From contig NC_058133.1 of NCBI RefSeq assembly GCF_016433145.1, positions 405,124,911 to 405,188,910 on the forward strand: DNA of 64,000 nt, in the 5' to 3' direction. This DNA is from Gracilinanus agilis (Eukaryota). The notes below the pieces were generated by a model. It saw nothing but the letters and a program-made list of their open reading frames with translations. It was not told the DNA's origin and made no database searches. Below, one piece after another: positions 53,281 to 64,000 of this stretch (its first letter is position 1; every line of letters starts with the position of its first letter). The position numbers were made by a program, and so were the translations under genes.

Positions 53281-53465
53281 GGGGCAGCTGGGTAGCTCAG
53301 TGGATTGAGAGCCAGGCCTAGAGACAGGAGGTCCTAGGTTCAAATCCGGCCTCAGACACTTCCCAGCTGTGTGACCCTGGGCAAGTCACTTGACCCCCAT
53401 TGCCTACCCTTGCCAATCTTCCACCTATAAATCAATACACAGAAGTTAAGGGTTTAAAATTTTAA
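53281..53465 (+). mobile_element. SINE1_Mdo-like SINE, young
   Basis: Near-consensus sequence with TSD AAAAAAATAGTCCTCT (53263-53278, 53466-53481). Confidence 0.93.
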
Positions 53466-56400
53466 AAAAAAATAGTCCTCTCCCTGTTTGGAGCCTAGAA
53501 ATAGAATGAAGAAAACAACTTGATCTTCTTTAGCCCAAGAGAAATTCGAATATAGAAAGTTATTTGGAAAAGTCAAAACTTGCAGAAACACTGGGGTAGA
53601 GAGTGAAGTTGATGAAAGGTGTGATTTGTCAATGAGTTCCCCAGTTCCTCCTTCAACCTATGGGTGGTTAAGGTAGAAGAGAGATAGTATTCTTGAGCTG
53701 AAGTGGCTCATTAAGTGAGAGATCAGGGTGTCAGAAAAGTCATTAAGAAAAACCTTTCGAAGGCAGTCATTATTTTGTTGATCCCCAAGGCTCAGGGACA
53801 TTGCCTTACATATAGTATGTGCTTCATACTATTTTTATTTATTAAACTGACCTAGGATGATGGCAATGATTGAATTGAAGAGATGAGACTTCTTAGCCAG
53901 ATTCTTAAGTCATTATGGAAAAGAAAGATGGCAGCACTGAGCATTTGCACATAGTGAAGGCAGGTGCTTCAGAGGAAGAGAGGTTGTGAATGTCTTAAAG
54001 AGAGTCTGGAAGTGGCATTGGGGAGCAAGAGTACTTTGACTTCTCTTGGCACTGTTTGGAAATGAGGTAAGGAGAATATGAGGCTTCCAGCACCGAAAGG
54101 GAGTGGTCAGAGCAATTGTCAAAAGAAACCATGAAAACTGACTTTGGCTTTAGCTTTCTTTCCTTATCAAAGAAATTTCTTGTTTGAATCATCTAAGGAA
54201 CAGTTTTTCAGTTTGGGGATTAACTGAATTTTGTTTCCTCTTGCCTTGGGTAAAGTAGGCCTTTATAAGAAGTGTTACTGTAATTGATTTGAGTGGAATT
54301 GAGTTAAAGAGCTTGTAGTTCAAGAGACCTCTTTCATTACCATGATTTCCCAAAATATACATAAAGCTACAGAGACTTTTTGACCTGTTTTCCAAGGAGG
54401 GATTATGATTACTAGCCTGGGGCACAGAATTTATCAGTCAACAAGCACTTACTAAGGTCCTACTGTGTGCCATTCTGAGGATACCAGGAAAAAAAAGGAA
54501 TCCTCCTTTATAACTAGAAGACCTCGATTCTACTCTCAGCTCTGCAATGCACTATTTTGGGGCAGATCAGTTAACTTCTTTTGAGCTCAGTTTCCTTATG
54601 TCTAAAATGGGTGAGGGTAAAGGGTATGCTAGATAATTATTAAATGGTTTAACAATTCTAAACATTCTCTACATTTTCTTGTTTTGTGTCTTCCCTAGAG
54701 TCATTCTCAAGTTTAATAGGTTAAAATGTTGCTCTTTAGAAAATTCCTTCTGACTGAGTTCTTGCCTAAGTAGCAGTCTAGATACTTAAATCAGGCAAAT
54801 TCTAAATTCTTAGGAGATCCTAACCTGTTCATATTTTTAAACCTTGTCCACATCCTTCCTTGGCTTGTCCTCTTTTTACAGTTTGGCTTCTGGTTCCTCT
54901 TAGAGCCATCAGAATAGTTTTCTCCTTAGTAAACACCCAAGTTGTTGCTGTTTCACTTTTTCCTTTGAATGGGACATTTCAGTATTGGCTTGTACCGATG
55001 GCTGCTTTGTTGCCAACTGTTATTAAACTTTCCTTTCTGTATGTAACCTATCTTCCTCCTATGTCCCTTTCCATCTAATATGAACAGTTTTATACATTCC
55101 AGCAATGCTCAGCATGATGCCGTGCCCATTTGTTATGTGCTGTAAACAAGCTATAACAGAACCAACTTAGCCAAATTTCATTTAATGAGCATTCCTTAGT
55201 GCTGGAAAAATAATTACACTTCCTTGGAAACTCTGAATTCCTTCATTGTTCTATAGGTCCTTGATGCTGAGTAAGGAATTCCTTTGCCAAAGTATATTTT
55301 TATATGTTTTTTTAGGTGGGATGGGTAGGTAGGAGTGACAGAGAATGGGAAAAGATACTCTTGTCCCTTTTTTAATTAGAGGGTTTACTTAGGAGGCCTT
55401 TGCTTATTTAACTTCTTTGCAGCCAGTTTTTTTCCAAAACCTACATATGAGAAAATAAAAATGCTTTTTAGTGTCTCTTTTGATCTCTTAAAAAAGAGAT
55501 TTTTCTATGTTATAAAATAGAGAAGTAATTTCACCACCAATCTTTGCTCTACTTCTTAAAAGTTTATAGTTAACTAGCAATAATTTGAATTGTAATTTGT
55601 CTAAGGCAAATCTTGCTTTGCTTAACTATAGGTGATAAAGTTCTTCATTTAAAAAATTCATTATTCTCCTTGACTTTTATTTTTCCCACTCAAGTATTTT
55701 AGATCCAGACCCTTAATTTTTCTCTTTCCTTCTTGCGAAATCAAAGGCAGGGTAACCAGAGTATAGGTTTGATGTTGTTCATTAATTTCTAACTCAGAAG
55801 GAGAGAACACAAGAGCTCTAGTGAGGAGTCGAGACAAATTTTCAGTTCCCCTACAGAAAGATTTCGACAATGTGATTTATTTGTTTATTCATTCATTCAA
55901 TCAATCAATCAATCAATCTCTTTACTCTCTTTTAAAAATTGGATATTATGGATGGAGAGGTAATTTCCCCATGAATCGCCACTCTCTTGCTAGTGGAGGG
56001 AGGAAGGTAAGGGAACTCCCTCTGTCTTTGCAGATGGGCAGCTACTCAGCACCTGGTAGTCCTAGGGACTTGCTTGGATCATTGAGAAGTAAGATGTCTG
56101 GCCTGAGGTCACAAAGCTATCATGTTTGAAGTGAGATTTGGACTTGGCTCTTCTTATCTAGGAAGTTTACAGTAAACCTGCCTGCCTTTCATTGTATATA
56201 TACATAATAGGTATATGTTTATGTGCATACACATAAGTATATGCTGGGTTAAAAAATATTAGTGTTGTTTTAACTTTGGAAGCTGAACATTTTTTGTAGG
56301 AGGTATACCCCTTGTATGTACATATATTTATCTAATATTTACTTATATAATATTCATACAATATTTAATGATTCTGGTAACTGACATTTTCTAATTAACT

Positions 56401-56469
56401 TATTCTGACTACTAACAAATTTACCTTCTTTTAAACTGTTTCCAATTTATCTTTTTTGAAACAATTTCT

Positions 56470-56737
56470 GGGTAGCTAAGTGGCACATTGGTGGCACATT
56501 GGATAGGGTACTGGACCTAGAATCAGAAAGACTCATCTTCTTGAGTTCAAATCTGGCCTCAGATACTTCCTTGCTGTGTGACCCTGGACAAGTCACTTAG
56601 CCCTTTTTGCCTCAGTCTCCTCATCTGTCAGATGAGCTGGAGAAGGAAATGGCAAACCACTCTAGTATCTTTGCCAAGGAAACACCAAATTAGGTTGTGA
56701 TGTGTCAGGTAATACTGAAAAACTACTGGACAAAAAC
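56470..56737 (+). mobile_element. MAR1-like SINE with an 11-bp tandem duplication in the head
   Basis: GTGGCACATTG twice (56480-56501), then CORE and ggagaaggaaatggcaaaccactctagtatctttgccaag tail. Confidence 0.8.
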
Positions 56738-57469
56738 TCTTTCTAGATTATAGTTACAAATCTCCCAAATGGAGCAAAATAAACCTTAATAGATAATCTG
56801 AATTCCAATTGCCAACACAATAAAGTTGCATTCTTAATTAATTTCCATGCACTTTTCTGTATAAACTCTGGAAAACTCATAGTTTAGAGGTTTGTCTAAC
56901 AATTGATTATATCTTGTTCCTATTCGTGATATTTAATTTCAGCTGGGCATACATATTAATGAATATATTCTTGATGCTGGATATTTATCAGTATCTTTCT
57001 GGAAACACTTTTTAAGCATTTCTTTCATCTGATGTTTTAATTCCAAAAAGTGTTAATGTCAATTTACCATCAACATTCATTAAGGTTCTTGTAGGGTATT
57101 CTGTGCTAGGTACAGAAGACAAAAAAAAAAAAAAAAAATTAAAAAAAAATCCAGCGACCCTTAAGGAACTCATTACAAATTTAGACCTACATGGTATACA
57201 AATTTTATGAGTGCTAACACATTTTATTATTCAACTTTTCCACCTATTCAACATATTTATGGAAATGATTTACATTCTCAATGAGGAAAGGTTTTTTTGA
57301 AAGGATCAATGAAAGGGAATAAGCAGGTTATCAAAAAAGTATTACTCCATACCTGGGTACTCTAAGATTTAAGTTAATGTCCAGTTCTTCAGGTATTATA
57401 TTTATAAGGTTTATTATCTGACAAAACAAAACCATGTGACTAAGTTTTTTTACCTGCTTGAAAAAGCCC

Positions 57470-57610
57470 GATTTGCCAAAGCCGCCAATAGGAAGGAAAA
57501 GAGAGCTAGACGTGGAACTCCACCCAATTTATATCCTGTCTATGTCAGCACGTAAGGACAGGAAGTGAGTAGGGTTCTGGGAATCATAGTTTTACTGGGG
57601 GATTATAGTT
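57470..57610 (+). promoter_or_regulatory. Promoter-like motif cluster with a candidate alternative first exon (Up71/Dp71-type); coding part 57542-57564 (MSARKDR+AA)
   Basis: CCAAT 57485-57489, four CpGs in about 90 bp, ACAGGAAGTG ETS site, and two ZNF143/SBS-like motifs (57577-57590, 57595-57609). ATG at 57542 is followed by AA|GTGAGT in phase 2, matching the phase of exon 59556. Inferred from motifs only. Confidence 0.45.
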
Positions 57611-57770
57611 TTTAGGGTAACAGATTCTAATTTCACAGTACCTGGGTATCTTCACAACTGATCATAAGGTATAGAGAATATAAGCTTCTGCCTTGTTTAT
57701 TGTTTGTTGGCTAAACCGATTCACTAGTAGAATCATTCAGTAGAGTCAAATGTCACATTCAAGGTCCTTT

Positions 57771-57970
57771 GTGGCTCAGTGGATTGAGAGCTAGACCAGA
57801 GACATGAGGTCCTGGATTCGGTCTGACCTCAGACACTTCCTAGCTCTGTGACCCCAGTAAGTCATTTACCCTCCATTGCCTAGCTCTTACTGCTTTCTGC
57901 CTTAGAACCAATATACAGTGTTGATACTAAGACAAGAGGGTAAGGATTTAAAAAATTAAAATAAAAAAAA
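57771..57970 (+). mobile_element. SINE1_Mdo-like SINE (long 3' variant), head clipped
   Basis: gtggctcagtggattgagag...gtaaggatttaaaaaattaaaataaaaaaaa. Confidence 0.8.
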
Positions 57971-58029
57971 ATGCAAAATACCTTCCAGGATTGAACTAAA
58001 GGACTAATTGCTAAGATCAAGGAAAGCTT

Positions 58030-58700
58030 AAAAATGAAGACATTTGCTTATTGAAGGTATTTGCCACTATCTTAAAGGAGGTCCTGTTCAGAATCCAAGT
58101 CAAGATGGGCCTCTAGATGATTCTGATTATGGATGGTACTGTATCCATTGCATCAAAAGCTGGGAACACTGCCTTCTCAGTGTATTATTCAAAAGAGTTT
58201 GGCCACTGAATAGAATTAAAAAGATAAAGACTCATTATTGTCCAGAGTATGATATGCAGTTGGATAGGTGATATTCATCCATCAGAACATATTTATATGA
58301 TTTAGAGTTATATTGACTTATAACTATATAATACTGCAAGCCACGAAGAATATCTAGGCTCCAAAGAATTGAGTTTGAGGATCCACCAAAGGGCAATGGC
58401 AGAGTAGTAGTATATGGTGGACATAATCAGGCAGCTACTAAAGCAAGAAATTAGACAGTATGAAGGATTGTACTGGAAAAAAAGTATGACTGGGGAAAAG
58501 AATTAACTAGTTACTTAGTGAAAGCTAGAGCTATATAATGAATAACCTATACACTTCATTGATATCCATGCACATGCCAGGAAAATGAGATTTTCTCAGC
58601 TTGGTATGTGGAGCTCTTTGGGCAAATTTATGGTAGGACATGGATAAGAGCTGCACAGGTCATCTGTCATGGGTAGCTGATAGTTTGCATTGTTGGCAGG
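58030..58700 (+). mobile_element. RTE-type LINE fragment, decayed
   Basis: Shares the ...tgaggatccaccaaagggcaatggcagag motif with the 13.4-kb fragment, plus atgcagttggata and a 3' region of RTE-like character. Confidence 0.5.
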
Positions 58701-59555
58701 AAAACCTGAATTTGATGAGAATACAGATCACTGGATCCTTGGTGTACCACATGACTTTGCTTATAGGTGAAGAATTTGTGTATCAGAAACACGAATTCAT
58801 CCTAGTATTCACATAGTAATAGTAATAAGAGATTTAAATGAGAGACAAAAGGGAGGGATCGAGGTTTGGAGTTCTGCTTAGGATAAAGAAAATATGAAAC
58901 ATTTACTTTTTATGTAAAAGCAAGGAAATAGAAAATAATTCAATAAATATAGTGCCATCAAGATTATATCTGAAGGACAGAGAAGAAATGGAAGGAAAAA
59001 GAAGCAAAATTAGGCAAAGGAGCAAAGAAAGACAAAAACACAAAGGACCTGAGATAGATACAAAGGGAAAGACATGAGCTGGGGCAGAAAAAAAGATTTA
59101 TAATATTCTGAGATAAGTAATTTAGGTCTGGTAACTGATCTGGATATTTATCACTGAAACTGAAATTCAAAGACCAAAAATTTAGGTTTTAATATCTAAT
59201 ACCTAGTTTTGGAAACTGGAATTTTCTCAAGTGGTTGAAGTAAATCCTTCCATTGTTTCTTTCAAATGAATCATCAAATTCCCAAATGCTCAACAGCAGT
59301 TAGAGCATCAGGTTTCTTCATGACACTGTGGTTTTGTCCAGTTTCTCAACACTTTATTTAATGAACTGTAAATAATTATGAAATAGCACATTGGAAATAA
59401 TAAACCATTCTTTTTGTCTTTTAAATTATGGCCATCTTGGGAGGGCTTTACTATTTGGGAACTTGATGCAAAGACATTTTGGAAATAAATTTTTCTTGCC
59501 ACATAACTTTGTTTAAACTTTTGCATATTTCTAAAAATATATCTATTTATTTCAG

Positions 59556-59617
59556 TCACCAAACACAGACAACATGTTGGGATCATCCTAAAATGACAGA
59601 ACTCTTTCAGTCCCTTG
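59556..59617 (+). CDS. UTRN: Utrophin internal coding exon (homologue of DMD exon 63), 62 bp; (N)[20 protein letters not shown], second half of the WW domain
   Basis: Acceptor tatttatttcag|T, donor TTG|gtgagt. AA+T gives Asn with the previous exon, and the 62 bp length equals DMD exon 63. Confidence 0.97.
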
Positions 59618-59751
59618 GTGAGTATGATTTTATTGAATAGTAGTTACTCAAGGAATTTTATTAAACTACTGAGCTCTGTGTTCTCTTCATTGGGTGAAAT
59701 TCTTTGCCAGCATATCAGATATCATGTGGTATGGTGAAAAGTCACCTACTT

Positions 59752-59960
59752 AGGGCAGCTAGTTTGCTCAGTTGATAAATAATGGTCCTGTAGACTGAAG
59801 ATCCTAAATTCAAATGTGACCTCAGACATTTCCTAGCTGTGTGACCCTGGGCAAGTCACTTAGCCCCCATTGCCCAGCCTATACCACTTTTTCCACCTTA
59901 GAACTAATGTTTAGTATTGATTCTAAGATGGAAGGTAAGAGTTTTTTTTTAAAGAAAATA
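59752..59960 (+). mobile_element. SINE1_Mdo-like SINE (long 3' variant)
   Basis: Head and CORE present, imperfect flanking repeat aaaag(t/g)cacct. Lies about 135 bp downstream of the last exon. Confidence 0.85.
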
Positions 59961-61255
59961 AAAAGGCACCTGCTCTGCTTTATCCACAAAGAATTCAATG
60001 TCAGGAAATAGATAGAAGCTATGAATTTATCGTGTGTTCATTTCTAAGAACAATGTAATATCAAAAGAATTTCTACTATATCGGCTTAACCTCTCTTCTG
60101 AGTGTTAATCATAGCTTGCATTTGAGTGAGTCTAAAAGAAATTTCAAGACACCAGTAGCCCTCAGTTTCCTTTCTACAAGAATTTACTTCTGTTAATCTG
60201 ATTGCTATACAGGGCAGTTTCTTCTATTCTATTGAGCCTACCTATGTTAAGCATAAAAGATTTTTATTCTATATACCCTTACTTTTATTTTTAACTAAGG
60301 TCTACCAGGAAGAATGCTAGCTTTGGAGCCAAGAAAGATCTGGATTCAAATTCTTGTTATTCTTTGTGCAACCTTGGGCATGATGTTCTCTCCTCATGAG
60401 AAAATATGAAATAATACTAGTTGCATACTCTACTTCAGAAGATTGTTGTGAAGATATCATAATCATACCTTCCATTTATAGAACACTTTAAGGTTTATGA
60501 AACATCCATGTCCTCTTTGCATCTCAAGCCCCATCCAGTCCTTGTGGGCAGGAACTCTATATAAGATAGTGCCTCTCACATAACAGGTGCTTAATAAATA
60601 TTATTTGACTTCACTTAACCCTATTAGGTATGTAGTAGAAAGATAAATATTTCCATTTTACAGGTGAGAAAACTAAGACTCAAAAAGATTAAGTAACTTG
60701 CTCAATTGACATACAACGATTAAGTACCAGAAAAAAGATTCTATCTCTGCATATTCTGGCACTATTTCTACTTTACTAATGCTACATCAGCTATGCATAA
60801 AAGTATAATTAAGGGTAAAAGTTAAAGGTATGCTCCATAAAAGGTTGGCCTTTGAGATAATTTAGGCATGGCTGTTATGACTCTCAAACTCTAGATAGAT
60901 GTCATTTCTTATTATTCCATACTATTCATTCATTCATTAAATAAAAATGCATTTCTTTGAAAATTCCCTGAGAAAATTCAGAAGATGAGTTCTGCTCCCA
61001 AATGACTTTTGATAATAAAATGTGACCTTGTATTTAGATAGCTAAAAAGATAGTCAATAACCTTGAGTGCTTACTATGGACCAAGCACTGTATTAAATGC
61101 TGAGAATACAAAGAAAGTTTTAAAAAACAGTCTTCTTGCATTCAAGGAGCTTAAAAGTCTAATGGGAGAGACAACATGTATAGGGATGTACAAGATATAT
61201 AGAGAAAATGCCTCCCTGTCCTGAAAGAATCTTATCTTCAGTTGATTATCATCCT

Positions 61256-61257
61256 CT

Positions 61258-61289
<32 letters not shown>

Positions 61290-61302
61290 TCTCTCTTTCT
61301 CT
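61256..61302 (+). repeat. (TC)n microsatellite
   Basis: Direct reading. Confidence 0.9.
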
Positions 61303-61676
61303 TCCTATTTCTTCTGCTCTTTATTGCTGAACTCCAATTGTACCATTCCACTGAAGCTGCTTTCTCCAAAGTTTTTAATGTTCTCTTAATTGCAATTCTT
61401 CATTCTCCCTGACATCTTTGCAGCCTTTGACATTGTTGATTGCTCTCTCTTCAATTTTTAAAACTTGCTTTCTAGCAAACAACTCTCTCCTGCTTCTCTT
61501 ACTACCTATCAGATTGTAACTTCTTAGTTTTCCTTGCTAGATGGTCATCCAGATCCTTCTAACTGTACTGCCCCAAAAGGATCTAATTTGGGCCTTCTTC
61601 TCTTTTCCCTCTATATTGCTTCATCTAATGATCTCATCAGTTCCCATGGATTTAATTGCCATCTCTGTGCTAAGGA

Positions 61677-61862
61677 TGGGGAGCTAAGTGGTGCTGTGGA
61701 TACATGAGTATTCAATAATATGGAATCAGGAGGACCTGAGTTCAAATATGATCTCACATACTGGGTGATCTTGGGAAAGTCACTTAACTTTGTTTACCCT
61801 AGTCCTTCTGTAAAGTGAACTGGAGAAGAAAATAGTAAACCACACCAGCAATCTTTGCCATA

Positions 61863-61893
<31 letters not shown>

Positions 61894-61972
61894 CAAAACA
61901 AAACAAAAAAACACCTGAATGGAGTCATGAAGAATGAAGAGTTAGACAACTAAAAAAAATTGAACAACAAAA
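61677..61972 (+). mobile_element. MAR1-like SINE inserted in L2, itself containing (CAAAA)n
   Basis: Head, CORE and tail split by (CAAAA)n at about 61864-61909. Confidence 0.75.
61864..61909 (+). repeat. (CAAAA)n pentanucleotide repeat
   Basis: Direct reading. Confidence 0.95.
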
Positions 61973-62099
61973 ATACTGAAGAATCTCAAATCTACCCTAT
62001 CCTGCCTCACTCTTTCTTCTAACCTTCAGTCTTGTGTCTTCACCATCCTTTCAGACATCTCATACTGGTTCCCTTAGACCTGTATTTCTCAAAGGCAAC

Positions 62100-62415
62100 T
62101 GATTGTGAGATAAAACTATTCCTTTTGCTAATGATAAGATGGTTTACTTATAAAATTCCAGGGAATTGTCAATGATACTAATCAAGATAATTAGCTTGAA
62201 TGATGTTACAGGCTACAAAATAAATGCTTAAAACTTAACTGTATTTCTTTTATATTAATGATAAAAATGAAGAAGCCACAGTAGAAAGGGAAATACCATT
62301 CCAAATAACTACAAAATATATGAAGCATTTGGGAATCAATCAACTGAAGCATACAAAAGACTTGTAGAGATTAAATTACCTTAATGAAATCAAGAACAAC
62401 TTAAAAAGCTGTATA
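62100..62415 (+). mobile_element. L1 ORF2 reverse-transcriptase fragment, decayed
   Basis: aaactattccttttgctaatgataagatggtttactta resembles KLFLFADDMMVYL, followed by AGYKIN-like and KYLGI-like segments with frameshifts. Confidence 0.75.
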
Positions 62416-62964
62416 GAATGAACCTCATGAGGATGTGTTACTGAGTGATCCTGGTAGGAACAAAGTATATAAGTGCCTTTGGGGAACAAGGAGCATTCTA
62501 ACTCATTTATTATGACTAGTAAGTGATTCACAGGGTATGAGTGAAAGTACTGCCAGTACCAGAATGAGTGGCCAGGGACATAATCTTTAGGAGACTTTAG
62601 TGATTGCCAGTTGATGGATGAGAGTAAAGAAATGAAAAGATTTAGGATGAAAGAAAGTTTTTTCATTACTGAGGCATACATTGCACAGGACTCAGTGGAA
62701 GGGGTATGGAAATATAGAGTAGGATACTGTATTGAAAGAGTCTAAACAAATGAGATTGAATGAAATAGGAGCCTCAGTCATTCAACAGTTATTTATTCCA
62801 AATCCATTTTGTTCAGAAAAAAATTTCTCAAGTGTTTTAGTGGATATTTAGATAATATATTTGCAGTTCCTGCTCTTATGCACTTTGCAATCTTAAAAGG
62901 GAAACAAGACAAGCATATAAGGAAGTATAATACAAATTGGAATTCCATTAGAAAAAAGATAACT

Positions 62965-63179
62965 GGGGGCAGCTGGGTAGCTCAGTGGATTGAGAGCAAG
63001 GCCTAGAGATGGGAGATCCTAGGTTCAAATCTGACACTTCCTCAGACACTTCCCAGCTGTGTGACCCTGGGCAAGTCACTTGACCCACATTGCCTACCCT
63101 TACCACCCTTCTGCCTTGGAGCCAATACACAGAATTGACTCCAAGATGGAAGGTAAGAGTTTAAAAAAAAAAGAAAGAA
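62965..63179 (+). mobile_element. SINE1_Mdo-like SINE with a small internal duplication
   Basis: TSD AGAAAAAAGATA (62950-62961, 63180-63191). Internal GACACTTCC is duplicated. Confidence 0.92.
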
Positions 63180-63609
63180 AGAAAAAAGATACTAATAATA
63201 ACTCACATTTACCTGACATTTTAACATTCACAAATTGTCTCACAACCACCTTATAATGTATGCATTCAAATGGTTGTCTTCCTCCAAGTCTATTGGTCTT
63301 TCCACTCTACAGACCTTGGGGTGATTGAAAGGAGATCTTGTACAACATGGAAGGATCAAAGAAATCTTCATAGAGAAGGAAGCTCTCAAGGAAAGTTTGA
63401 AAGGATGAATAATTTATAGAGATGAAGATATGAGTGTTCCATTTGGTGGGGATATTATGAACCATAATGCAGAGGCAGGGAATTTTGTCTAGGAAATTTG
63501 ATTAGTTTGTCTGAAACAGAAGAGTACTTTTAGAATAAATGAGAATTAAGATAGAAAAGACAATGTGGAGCCAGGGAATTGAATGCTGAATTTTACTTTG
63601 AGAAGCCTA

Positions 63610-63950
63610 TCAACTCCTGATATGTCTTCCCAGCTGTAATCTCAAATCATCAACTGTTTTTTGTACACCTTGAACTTGATTTCTCTTTGGCATTATATCC
63701 AAATCAGAATTTAATATCTTTCTCCCTAACCCATCCCCTCTTCCCAAATTCCTAAATTAGAGAATTTAGCTATCTTCTTAATCACCCAATTTTGTGTCAT
63801 CTTTTCTTTATCATTACTTATCTATTTTATAAAGAGCATTGCCATATATTATAATTTTTACGTTCATATCATCTCTCATATTTGTCCCCTTCTCTCTGCT
63901 CACAGCTACTATTGTAGTTTAGACTACAGTCACCTTTCTCTGGAAAAGAG
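63610..63950 (+). mobile_element. L2 3' region fragment
   Basis: Pyrimidine-rich L2-like text (ctcaaatcatcaac, atatccaaatcagaatttaatatctttctccctaac, gtccccttctctctgctcacagctacta). Confidence 0.55.
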
Positions 63951-64000
63951 TTTCTATTTCAAGAATTTTCTGGTTGATTCCCCTTCTTCAAATTTCTCCA

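Larger units (their letters stand above)
61300..62060 (+). mobile_element. L2 reverse-transcriptase fragment interrupted by a MAR1 SINE
   Basis: Decayed STETALxKV, AAFDTVD and GSVLGPLLFSLY-like coding remnants. The sequence resumes (tctcaaatcta) after the SINE at about 61975. Confidence 0.7.

Noticed and set aside
57440-57564. Open frame of about 41 codons ending at the 57565 donor as a possible internal cassette exon
   Set aside because: The only plausible acceptor (AG 57465-57466) gives phase 0, while the upstream exon ends in phase 2, so it is incompatible. The first-exon reading is preferred.
11106-63130. Recurring short minus-strand ORFs with similar peptides (MNLGPP..., GRRVVRVGNGGQ...)
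   Set aside because: They are translations of SINE1 copies, not a gene family or a repeat-encoded peptide system.
1-64000. tRNA genes, CRISPR arrays, prokaryotic operons or defence systems
   Set aside because: The tRNA-like A/B boxes belong to SINE heads, and the dispersed repeats are retroposons with TSDs rather than regularly spaced arrays. The window is vertebrate intron/exon DNA.

Overview
This is AT-rich, CpG-depleted marsupial genomic DNA, most likely the opossum Monodelphis domestica or a close didelphid, judged from the many SINE1_Mdo-like and MAR1-like repeats. The whole window lies inside the utrophin gene (UTRN, + strand). Six internal coding exons of 130, 269, 147, 79, 61 and 62 bp have GT-AG boundaries and splice in frame. 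They encode the end of the spectrin-repeat rod, hinge 4 and the WW domain ([10 protein letters not shown]...[20 protein letters not shown]) and correspond to dystrophin exons 58-63. The rest is intronic: SINEs (many with intact target-site duplications, TSDs), MAR1/MIR CORE-SINEs, L1/L2/RTE fragments, two hAT-type MITEs, a probable solo LTR, microsatellites and an assembly gap next to a false duplication. The best lead is a promoter-like cluster at about 57.47-57.61 kb. It holds ATG-7 codons-AA|GTGAGT, which would splice in frame to the exon-63 homologue, as expected for a Dp71-type (Up71) alternative first exon. Other leads are an E-box/MEF2/E-box cluster, a 15:2 sense bias of SINE1 copies with a cryptic pseudo-exon in an antisense copy, and a young-looking hAT MITE with CTCF-like motifs. 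No bacterial-type systems, CRISPR arrays or RNA genes are supported. Repeat family names come from memory of consensus sequences and need RepeatMasker/Dfam confirmation.
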